Assembly (NCBI RefSeq): GCF_009914755.1
Contig: NC_060925.1
Direction: 5' to 3' (one strand)
DNA from: the human T2T-CHM13v2.0 reference genome, Homo sapiens
DNA length: 64,000 bases
Shown here in pieces: positions 47,824 to 59,686 of this stretch. The stretch's first letter is position 1. Every line of letters begins with the position of its first letter. The notes beneath the pieces were generated by a model. That model saw nothing but the letters and a program-made list of their open reading frames with translations. It was not told the DNA's origin and searched no databases. A program made the position numbers and the translations under genes.

Positions 47824-50800
47824 CTGTCACTATGTCTCCCCACTCATTCCTGTGATAAAAACAACACTCCTTTACGTGCTCCTCTCCTAGGCTAGGGACC
47901 CAGCAGAATTACTTTAGGCTGCAGCATTTCTGGTGAGAAAAGGAGGATTTTTGTCCCATCTTAGTTGTCCTTGTAATATGTCCCTTGAATATCTTCCTCT
48001 GGGTCAGCAAAGACGAGGATGCGGGGAATAGAGAGCTGGAGCCATGGAAAGGCACAGCCCTTCAACTCCAAAGCTGAAAACAGGCCTTGATCACATGGGT
48101 TTGTCCTCAATGAAGCTGAGGCGTGTGGACAATTTTGATTTCCAGGGAATGGTTCTGGATTAAGATGACACTCCTTTTGTCTATCATCTTCAGCTCCAAA
48201 GGGTTTACTTATTTTTAAATCAAGAAGTGCACCCTGAGCACTTCTTCTGGGAGTCCTACCAAGTAAAAAGTTCTTAGGTGGCAGATTGCCCTACACCACC
48301 CTGCTCAGGATCTAATCAGTAGAGAGGAAAACCACTGAGGCATCATCAGAGGGAGGTCTGGAACAGGGTGACCATGGTGACTGCCACATTGAATCACTCA
48401 GTTAAATCCAGCCTGGCATGCCTAAGAGTGAGAACTCCCAGAATATAACAAGGGAGAATTCTGTCTTTGTCTTGGCATTGTCCTATTCATTGACCCCATT
48501 TCTCCTCTTTAACGCAGGACTTACTAGCAAATCTTTCTTCCAGCTTCTTCTCAGTTGTACTTGCCTAACTGATATGTCTGTATTTGACGATCCCATTGTG
48601 ACAGAGTCTTGTGGACAATGTGCTAGGGGCCCTTACCCTAAGGAGAACTGATCTTGGCCACCCTAGACCTGAAGAAATGTGAATGAAGCCTCTGTTACAG
48701 ATGAGAGGACTGGGGTTGCATCACACTCCAGCAGGGGATGGGAAAGCCAAGCACAGTGCTCCCCAGGTTGGTGGTTCACCCTCAGTCACAGCCATGCTAA
48801 TCGAGTGTCCACAAGGGCAGAGCCATGGGCCAGGTACTGCAGAGGGGCTGCCGGGGAGAAACACGGTAGGACTCCTACCCTAGCAGCAGCAGAAACAGAC
48901 TGTCCTTACCAATCCGCAGTCAACAGAGGCCATGCCCAGAGACAGCCCGGAGTGGAGGAATAAGCCCTGGACTTTGGCCAGGAACTTCACTAGCCATGTG
49001 ACTCTTAGTCAAGTCTGCTCCTTAACTAGCTGTGTGACTCTAGTCAAGTTCTTAATCTAGCTGAACCTCAGCTTGCTTATCTCTGAAATGGATGAAAATT
49101 CCTGTCTCAAAGAGCAGTATGAAGTTTATGGATGTGACATACCAGATCAGCAGTGGGAGGCGTGGATTCCAGTCTCAGCTGGGCTGCTACAAACTGAGGG
49201 ATCTGGAGTGGACTTCACCTCTCTAGACCCTGGCTTTCTCAATTATGGAGCAAGGCAATTGGACTAAAGCACAGCCAAGGACTCACTTAGGGTTGCATGT
49301 GGCTTGAGAGCTGACTCTGAGTAGCTACAGGGAGCTAAAGTCTGTGTGCTGGTCCCTCCAGGGTCAGAGGTAGTGTTAATTCCTCCAGCCCAGATTTTTG
49401 CTTCAAGCCTACAGATGGATAAAAGCTTCTTAATTTCCTCTTTGCTTTCATCTGAGCACTCCAGGCACCAGGAAAACAGCAGTTAGTTAGCCCTTGCAAC
49501 AGGATGAAAAGATGGTAGGACTTCATTTACTTTAGCTTCACAGACAGGGAAACTGATGCACAACAAGTAGCTCTGCTGAGTAACTACCCTAACTTAAAAC
49601 AGACCCAACTCCCTCTTTCCAAACCATGTGTCTCAGCTCCAAATGCCACTTTCTAGGTGTATGAGCTGGGTTCCTTCGGCAGTGCCTGCCGGGCCTCTTG
49701 TCTTTTCTTGAAAAGTCCAGGTGAGGGACTGATAGTAGACCACAGCCTCCTACTCCCAGGCAGGCATGGATCCTGCTCCAAGAGGGAGCAATTGATGTGT
49801 TTGCCAACTCAGTGTCCCCGCTGCCAACTCATGACTCACCCCCACCCAGCCCTGGGAGATAGGAGAGTCCTACAAGGGCCCCAGGCTCTCACCCCAACAA
49901 GAAGAGGCAATGATCCTACTTGCCAAGGGACAGAATGTGCCTCTGAGAGAAAATGGAGGCAAGTGAGCGGGAGCGGGCAGGCCGGCTCCAGGGGCACCCC
50001 TCCCTGTGGAAGGAGCATGCCGTGTGCTTTCACAGACAAACTGCTGCCACTGGGACACTCCCTGTATTAAACTGAAGGAGAAGCCTATGGCAAACACTGG
50101 TGTCTGGGTACTCCTTGGGAGGGGCCCTCCTTTCTAAGCCACAGTCCATCAGAGTGGCTCTGCTTCCCCTAAGAAGCTTCTGTTGCCCTTAGGGTTGGGC
50201 TGAGCTCGGGGAGCTTCCTTTCTGGGCTTGCTCTCCCCTCCATGGCAGGTGAGTTGAGGCTCTGCCTCCTGGCTGAGGACTGGGTAAGCCAGGGAGGCCC
50301 CTTTAGAGCCCAGAGAGAATGTGGAGAAAAGGAACAAACATTGGTCTGAGGGCTGATTTCCCGTGACTGTGTTGGGGACTCCTCTTCTGCTGGGCCTCAG
50401 GCTTATCATCAGCAAGACTAGATGGTGGCTCAGACCACCTCCTTGTAACTCTGACGTCTGGCTTCTGTGTCCCTCTTTTGGGGAGAGAAGTCAGAGAATG
50501 GCCCCATGTCAGCAGCATGGGCTTGCAAAGGGAGGAGGACACAGTTCCAGTGAACAAATGAAAGTGGTGTCCTCCAAGGGCAAGCTCCAGGTGCAGGAAG
50601 TCGGGATCGGCTCCTGGAGGAGCTGAGCTTTGAACTGAGTGTGCAAGGAGAGAGGGCTGCCCTTAGCAGACAGGATGGAGGGCAGAGCAGGAATGCCCCT
50701 AGGTCTGGACTGTGGTCTGAGAGTACCTTGCTGACTGTTCACAAAGCATAGGCATCCCCTGCAAGGAGGGCAACTGGTTCCATGTTGCCAGCTCCTGAGG

Positions 50801-52949
50801 TCTCCTAAGCCTCCCAGGCCTTCATCACAAACCCACAACAATGCTCCTCAGGGCCGAGTGAGCACGCTGGCCCCTCCATCCTCCTGCCCCAGGGAGGAGC
50901 ACCAGACCCAGGAGAGGGCAGACTCCCACCAGTCACTGTCCTGATAGTGTGGACCCTTGTAGAGGAATGGAGAGGGAAGGCCAGGGCAATTTGGTCAGGA
51001 TGTGCAGGGAGACTTGTCACTGCTAAGGGACTCAGTGTGGCAGCTGCTTAGCAAGTGGGGAGCACCAAGCTTTGGCAGCCCAGGATGCGATCAGCAGCGG
51101 ATCCTTCTCAGGATGTCTGCAGGAAGGAACTCCACTCTCCCCAGAGACAACAGAAGCCAGTTCTCCTTCCTTTAGCTTCACTAATCAACAACTAATCTTC
51201 CTCCATCATTTCCATTCATGTTGTGTAGAGCTCTGAGTTGATGGCTAGGCTGGGAACACTTATGCTTGGATGGGCCTGGGGCTCGATTTCTTCCATTCTG
51301 ATGAGATACTGTGAGGCAGACAATTCCCTGGCCACAGAGAATGGAATTCTGTCTTCTCCGGAGAAGGAAGCTTCTGGATGAGTCGGCTGTTGCTCTCTCC
51401 CCTTCTCCCCTAATATGAAACTTTAGAGAGAAGATTTGAAGAATCAAGGATAATTATAAACTTTTTTATTTTGCCCCAGCAGAAATTGGTGGAGTTTCAT
51501 TTTGGGCTTTTTTTTTTTTCTTTTGGCCCTGACAAAAACTAATCTACTCAACCAACCAGTATTTAAAGTCCTTACGCTATAGTTGAAAACAAATAACAGA
51601 CAAAACAACAGCACAAGAAGATATAATTAAAAGCTAAATTTTGCAGCACACGCTAACTTAAACCTCTCCAGGCCTCGGTTTCCTCATCTGTCATTGAAGG
51701 CATGGGACCAGATGACCTCCAAGCCTTGCTTCCCCAGCTTCAGTTCTGAGTCTTGGACATCTGGGGAGGGGGTCTTGGGTTCTGGATGAGCCGCAGGTGG
51801 TGGCTTTCGAGCCTGTTTCAGCTGCGCTGTGTCCTCAGTCAGCTCTCAAGGGAGAAGTGCTCCAACCCGCGGCACCTGGTTATTTAATAATCCCTTGAAT
51901 TAGTGTAGCATTTTGAACTTGTACAAACTGCTTGTGTTTTCATCTCCTGACTTGATCCTTCAGTCTTTGTGAGCTCAGTAGGTGGACCAAGCTTTGTTAT
52001 TCTCATTTTATTTGCAGGGAAATCAAACCACAGAAAAGTGTAGGGGCTTGCCTGTGACCTCACAGATAGATCTGGCAGAACTGAGTCTGGACCCCAGTGG
52101 ACTTTGAGCGGGGTGTGAAGAGCAAGAGGAGGGAGGGACCTAGAAGGGCAGGGGGAGAAGTGGGCCAAGCCTCTCCTGCTGGCCAAGTTTCGAAGCCAGC
52201 AAGCAGGGCATGGGATTAAGTCATCAAAATACAGTCCTGGGGGTATCTTCTGGTGCCTTATTTCTGCTTTGAGAGTTTTCCTTTTGTCACTAGACTCAGC
52301 GAGACAAATGCAGCAGAATTTCCCAAGCGGGTGGAAGAGCCGTCCCCACCCTTTGCAAGGGTGAGGCTCTACTTTCTCCCCCAGGGCCCTGGCATGTCTC
52401 TACGGAAGCCTGCCTGCCCCAGGAGAGCAAACTCAGCTGAAAACAAAATCAGCTCAGGCACGGGGAGGGGACGGGGGATCTGTAGAGACACAGGTGGGGA
52501 GAAAAGCAGCTCTAGACCCGGAGCCCCTCCCCTCCCGCCCCCACAGCGTGCCCAAGGGCGAGGCCTGGAAGGGGATGAAGACAGGCTGGGAAGGAGGCCG
52601 CTTGTGACTTCAGCAAGGGGTGAATCACAGACTGCCGAACTGCCGAACTGCCTTCCTTCAGAAGAAGCCTTACAGGGCATGCTGTGGTTGGGGAAACTGA
52701 GGTTCAGAGAGGCGAGGCGACGGCCTGAGGCTGCACAGCTAGGCAGGGGAGACCAAGACTGGAGCATGGTCTCCTGACTCCTGGCTCAGGGCTCCTGGTC
52801 ACACTGGCACATCATGGTACTTTTGCCACTACGGGCAATCATGTTTCCCAGACATTCGTCATTTGCATTCTACTGTCACAATTTTTGCAAAATCATACCA
52901 ACTATTATTTACTTATTTTTAAGGGAATTACTTATCAGTTCCACTGCAC

Positions 52950-53204
52950 TTATTTATTTATTCATGTATTTATTTTAGAGACAGGGTCTCACTATATTGC
53001 CCAGGGTGGTCTTGAACTCCTGGATTCAAGCAATCCTCCCGCCTCAGACTTCCAAGTAGCTGCAACTACAGGCACGTGCCAGTTTTAGAGATGGGGTCTC
53101 ACTATGTTGCCCAGGCTGGTCTTGAACTCCTGGGTTCAAGCAATCCTCCCACCTCAGACTTCCAAGTAGCTGGAACTACAGGCATGTGCCACCATGCCCA
53201 GCTA
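52950..53204 (-). mobile_element. FLAM-type Alu monomer, tandemly duplicated (110-bp period)
   Basis: Two ~93% identical monomer copies at 52973-53081 and 53083-53191. Confidence 0.8.
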
Positions 53205-55011
53205 TTCCAATGTATTTATTTTGAAAGGAAACTTTATATCACTCACCCAAATGACAAAAACCGGTATCTTTTGCCACAAATGAAGGCTAACCACAACCTT
53301 GGTAATCAATTATAATAAATAGAATAAAAACATAACATTAATTCTAGCTAGGTACTTTTACCTGGCAGAAAAGTTTTATTTTTTTGTTTGTTTGTTTGTT
53401 TTATTTTGTTTTTTCTTAAAAAGAGAGGTTGGCAAATATTAAATAAATATATTAACACCCAGCTAGACTTTCTCCCTGTGGTAATCAAAATGGGAAAAAG
53501 AAGTCCTTTCTATGAGTTTCAATGTTAGATATTGCTGTGTCCTTGATTTCCCTGGAGTCACCCCACAGCCACCAGTAGTGTGTTGCCAGCACTTGGGGGA
53601 GATTCCGGGTCATATGCTAATGGCTCAGGATAATTTTCCCAAAGCAGGCAAGGTAGGAGAGCTGAGGTCCTAAGAGCAGAGCCATGAAGTAGAGCCCTCT
53701 CCCCTCACCGAGGTGACCTGCCCCACGCCTGGCTGAACACTTTTTTAACTGGCACATTTAAGGTGGATGTTTCTGACTGAGCACCTACAGTTCTCTGGAC
53801 TCACCAGGGTCTGCTGGGTGCTATGCCCTGTGGGAGGATTGCCCTCTGTGGCCAACCTGGAGAGGGCCCCCAGGAAGTCCCTAAGCTTCTTTCATATCTA
53901 CCTAGGGTCCTAATCAGCTCTCAGGAGGCCCCACAGTGCTGGGATCTGAGTTGGGGTGCTCACGGGTAGCCAGGGACCCATTCCTCCCTCCTCCTCCTTC
54001 CTGGCCACGCCAGAAGCTCAGCAAGACTGAACTAATTCCAGAAGATCCAGGGCTCAGCTTCAGGTACCAGCTTTAACACTAGTCCCTGTTTTCTCAGCCC
54101 CAGTTGTGTGTGCTCAGTGGTGCGTTTAGAGTACCACTAAGGGTGGCTGGAGAGGAACCAAACAGTCACATTCCCATCACTCACTGCACCTTCATTCTCA
54201 TGGTCCTGGCCAGGACAGAACAGTTATCATGACCACAAGGTCTCCTTGCCCACAGGCCTGGCATCCCTTGGGACAGATGGTCTTCCAGCCCAGGTCTTTG
54301 GGCATTAGAATTGTGACACATAGCTAAGCAACTACACACTTCTTAAATGTCTTCAAGAACCTCCCACAGTTGGCTCAAAGAAGAAGGGCTGGCACCTCCT
54401 GTGTCTAGAACCACTGGGGATGGGGTCTTCCAGGAGTCGGGGCCAGCAACTGGCCAGAGATGCTAGAGTTTCTGTAGAGGGCCCCCTAGCTATAGAGACT
54501 CTTTGCCCTGTAGGCTTTGTTTGTGTCACCAGACTCTGGTAGCAGAGTGGCTGGAAGAAAATCACTGTAAGAGACACCAAAGACCTGAGTCCTGGCTTAG
54601 GGTCTGCCCCATCTTAGCTGCGTGGCCTTGGACCAGCCTAAAGTTCTCTGAGCTTAATATGCTCACAAACAGAACAAAGCTGCTGCTCTCTGCCCTGCCA
54701 CCTCATTGGCCAGCTGGGAGATAATCACAAGGTGATGAACGGGGAAGCCCTCTGCACACTGGGAAGTGCCACACCAGTGATGGTGTTCAGGATATGCTCA
54801 AGCAACTTCCAAAGACCTTCCCTACCTGAGTCCACTTTGGGCATGGGATGTGTGTCCCACGTGGGCAGGTGGGGAGTGCATATAGAAGTGTGTGTCCGTG
54901 TGTGTGAGCATGCATGCACGCATGCTTCTCTTCCAAAGGTGAGATCTCTTACCCAAGCACTGAAGGTCCCAGTCAAGTGTCTCTCCCTTCATGTAAAATT
55001 CTTGACTAACA

Positions 55012-55306
55012 GGCCAGGCACAGTGGCTCACACCTGTAATCCCAGCACTCTGGGAGGCTGAGGCAAGAGGATAACTTGAGGCCAGAAGTTTGAGACCAGC
55101 CTGGGCAACATAGGGGGACCCTGTCTCATAAAACAGTTAAAAATCAGCTGGGCATGGTGGTGTGCACCTGTGGTCCCATCTGCTTGAGAGGTTGAGGTGG
55201 AAGGATTGTTTCAGCCCAGGAGGTCAAGGCTGCAGTGAGCCATGATGGCAGCACTCCACTCCAGCCTGGGCTACAGATCTGTCTTAAACAAGCAAACAAA
55301 CAAAAA
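55012..55306 (+). mobile_element. Alu (AluJ-type)
   Basis: ggccaggcacagtggctcacacctgtaatcccagc...; J-type cccaggaggtcaaggctgcagtgagccatgat. Confidence 0.9.
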
Positions 55307-56384
55307 CTGTAACCAGCAGGAGTGGTTTCTTTCCACTGTTGGGTCTCCAGGGACCTCTTTTCTGGGCCAGGTAAGCACCTGCCCTTCAGGATGCTGCCAC
55401 CTCCCAGCCTTTGGCCCTCCTCTTCCCAGGGCTGGGAAGCACCTCCTGTTCCAGTGCATGGGGTGGCTCTGGGGCCAGCCAGCCTCTCCCTCCAACTTCC
55501 CAGTATAGGGTGGGGGGCATCTGGCCCAGTGGGATCTTCCTGACCCTCAAGGGTGCTCTTCTGAGGTGCTGGCTCGTCATCCAGGACTCCAGGAGTTATT
55601 TCATATCAGAACGGCCCCCTCAGCTTTCCCTCTTCATGATGAACCATCACTGGGACAATTGAACCAGCCTCTGGGTTTGAAAGCCAGGAGCTATGACCTC
55701 AGAACATGGAGCTCCTGGAGGGCAGAATGACCATGCCTTCCACTTCTCTGGGGCCATGGAAGGGAGATGGCTGAGGGCCAGTGGTCCTCCACCACTCGGG
55801 CTGTGAGAGCTGCGTCTGAAGTGGCAAACGCCTGCCAGGGATTTCCCTTCCAAAAGGAAACAGACATGTCTGTGTATGAAACCTTAGGTTCTTGTTTCCA
55901 AACCCATCCTAGCAGTGTTCAGAGCTGAGAAAAACCTATTTCTCAGGTGTAGAGGGGGAAAGGTAAAACAGAAACATTTCGGAAAACCTGTTTTTTCCAC
56001 AGTGCAGTAAATAGGCAAGGAGCAGGAAGTGGAGACAGAGCTGATGCAGGAGCTGGCATAGTTGCGTGTTGATGGAGCACCAGGTGTCGGCTAGGCGCTG
56101 GGCTGCACAAGTGCGTGTTGTCCCCACACCAGGCTTAGGAACTGCCATGGACCTGACCTTTGCAGGCAGGCTTAGAGCCTGGAGCCCAAGAGGCTAAGAT
56201 GCCTTCTTTATCCCAGAATTGTGGCCTCACTGGAGAAAGAAGCATCTTCCCAAAAGACCCGCAAGCTACAAAGTTTTATAGGATATTTTCTACTTAGAAA
56301 AGTTGTCCTCAGTTATCCATAGACATTTGTTAATACTGGCATGATGGAAGTATGCTCACAGTTTCTGCTTTTCAAAGCTTATAA

Positions 56385-56744
<360 letters not shown>

Positions 56745-59499
56745 TACATTTTTTTAACATTTAAAAAATTCAGGTGGCAACATGTACCTGCACTGGGCAT
56801 CAAGGTGTTTATGGCTTCTGCTGTGCCTTCTCTCAGTGGACACTTAGCGACTTCAGTTCAGTAGCACTTAGCAAGTACCTTCTGGAGTTCTCACCTGGGT
56901 GGGCACTGCTGGTCTCGGGGTGCTGGTGATGGCATTGTGGGTGCAGCTCCCTCTGCCTTTGAGGACCCACAGTGAGGCACACCCACCACACCTCCTCCAA
57001 GGCCAAATGGGATTGCTCTGTGTCCAGGCGTCAAGGCTTCTGAGCAATGGGGCTGCTCTGCCCAAAGCAGTGTTCCAGGAAAAGAAAGGAGGGCCAGCCC
57101 AGGGTGGAACCCCCTGCTTCTCAGAGAAGGAGCCGTGCCCAGAGGAGTCAGGAGGCAGGGATCGACACTTCCCCTGCTGAAGTCCCATCTGTTGTGACTC
57201 AGGCCTCAGTGGTTCCCATGCTGACTCAGACTGCTGAATAAGCAGGCACCCCTACCCCTTTGGGAAGATTCTCGACCGCCTGGAGCCCTGTGTGCCCCAT
57301 TCTCGGCAGCCTTGCTCGGGGAGCACCTGTGCTCTCCAAACCCCTAGAGAGGGTAGAGCAGAGCCGCTAAGCCACTTGCGAGGTGCCCCTTGTGATGGGT
57401 CAGCTCTGCCCAATATCCCAGTCCTGACTGAAATCCCAGCAAGATGAACAAGGGTCACTACATGCCTACTACATGAGAGCCCCTCATCTGGGCACTGAGT
57501 GGGGAGTGGCAGGTACTAGGCAAGTCGCAAATGGAACCTGTCTTTGAAAGACTTCTAATCAAGGTTCTTTCTCCAGCAAGCCCTCACCAGGCCTGAGAGG
57601 CACGAGGACTCCATGAAACTGTGCGTGCACTCCCTTTCATGAAAAGGGCCTTGGGAGATCACGCTGCTGAAGATGGCCCTGTTGGACACTGCTGGGTGTG
57701 TGACTTGGCAAGCAGACCAGGGTGTGTCTCGCTGGAGAACCGGTTTGGCCGGCCCCACCCTGCTGGCAGAAGCTTGGTTTCAAAATGGGCTAATAGCTGG
57801 GGACACAGACACTCTTTTCATCATACCCAGCTCCCAAGGAGTCCAGCAGCTTCTGTCTGTCCAGCTAGAGTTGGATAGAATTCTCTGGGCTCAACCACCC
57901 AGCTGCTTTGCTCAGGTCAAGCGGTAAAGGGAAGCATTCTGGACATCACAGCTGGACCCCATGCCGTGCACCGGCACAGGCTGCCTCACCCTGCCTAGAA
58001 CGGCCCTACCTACCGCCAGCCCACTTTACTCATGGTGCCTTCTCTCTCTTCTGTGCCCTGGAGGCCATGGGAACTGCAGTGCTGTCAGCATCCTGAATCT
58101 CCACCCCTAGCACAAATTCTCACAGTCACAGTCCACCTTTCACTGAGCTCTTGCTGTGAGCTCAGCCCTGTTTTAGGCATCTTTGCCCTGGAGAGCTCAG
58201 GGAAATGACAGAAACCTACATTAGCAACTAGAAAACAAACAAGACCAGAGGCCCCTGGCTTTAAGGGCAAATAATTCCAACTCTGGTCATTATGGAGACA
58301 GGGCTGGGTTAGAACAGGCCTTTTGGAGATGACAGGTGGAGAAGAGGCCTTAGATAAATGTAGGATTTGGGAGGCTGCAGGTGAGGAAAAGCTGTCCAGG
58401 GTGGAGGAGCATCTGAACAGAAGCAGGGAGCCTGGGATGTGGCTGAGGTCATGGGGCAGCTTAGAGGGGTGTGCTGGGGAGGGGAAGAGATGGCTGGACA
58501 GGCAGGGTGGGGCTGGGCTGGGGAGTTTGTCTTGTAAGGAGCAGACACTGTAGGTTCTCCAGCACGGCAAGAGCTGATGAAAGCTTTCCCTAAGGAAGGT
58601 GGAGTGATGGCATCGCAAGGCAGGGACCAGAGCCCTGGGGGCTGGGCAGGGGCCAGTGGGGGGCACTGGAGTGGCCTGGTGGTAAGCTGATGGGACCCGG
58701 AGTCAGAGCCTGGGCAGTAGGGGTGTAAAAGAGGGGAGTCAGTAAGGACTCTCTAATGGAAGGACAGGAGGATGCCATCTCTTTTTGAATGGTTAGTTAC
58801 TGCCCTATCCGATGATTTGGGCAAGCTGGAGCTTTTCCAGCTTTGGGGGCCACTCCACACTGAATGGCTCTCTCAAGGGGCAACTGGTCATATTCAGTTC
58901 TTTGAGGCCCTGGATCTGGGGCTTGTATTGCTTCACTGAGACTGTCTCCTTGCCTATAAAGGAGGGGTTGGCCTCTGAGAGCTTCCTGACTTAATGAGGG
59001 ACAGGAATAGAGGGGAGCTTTCAGTGTGGGGTTAAAACACCCCACTTCTCCAAGAAGGAAGGGGAGAAGGGGAATTACACAAGCAGGCGGCAAAGCGGGG
59101 ACTGGCTGGGGGGCTCCTAGCTAAAAGCAGCTTTTCCTGGCTCACCTCGGGCTGTGGGACCCCTCAAAAGCCCCACTGGTCTCCCAAGTGAAGAAACATG
59201 TCTCTCAGAATGCTCTGGATTTCTGTCTGGCTGTCCAGTCTAGCCTGCTGTCTGGCAGAGTGACCAACTCTGCTCTCAGGAAATTGAGTTTCCAGCCTCT
59301 GGAATGTTCTGATCCATGGGATAACCAGACAAGAGGTTGTGTGTGTGTCACTGTCCTTTGTATTCAAACAGCCAGACGCTGCCAGCAGATTGCTATCTGA
59401 GTGTGGGGGTGTGGCTGGGAGAGCCGGCATTGGCGGTGAAGCTCTCCCACCTGCAGCGGGCGCACGTGCACTGCCCGTGCATCCTCTTCTGGCTGCAGC

Positions 59500-59686
59500 T
59501 GCTCTCTCGGGACCTGGAAGACAGTGTTTGGAAACGTGTGGGGACATTTTGCAATGACTGTGAGGCATTACTAGCATTTAGAACCTGGAGGCTGGGGCAC
59601 TAAACATCCTGCCATGCTTGGGACAGCCTATACAAAGAATTGTCCTGCCTCAGGTGCCGACAGCACCCAAGTAAAGAAACACTGCA
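59500..59686. mobile_element. MER20-like hAT fragment
   Basis: ctaaacatcctgccatgcttgggacagcc...aagaattgtcctgcc...gaaacactg resembles the MER20 end. Confidence 0.5.

Noticed and set aside
48989-49049. ~36-bp-period duplication ACTAGC..TGTGACTCT.AGTCAAGT
   Set aside because: Small slippage duplication inside a MIR relic with no evident consequence.
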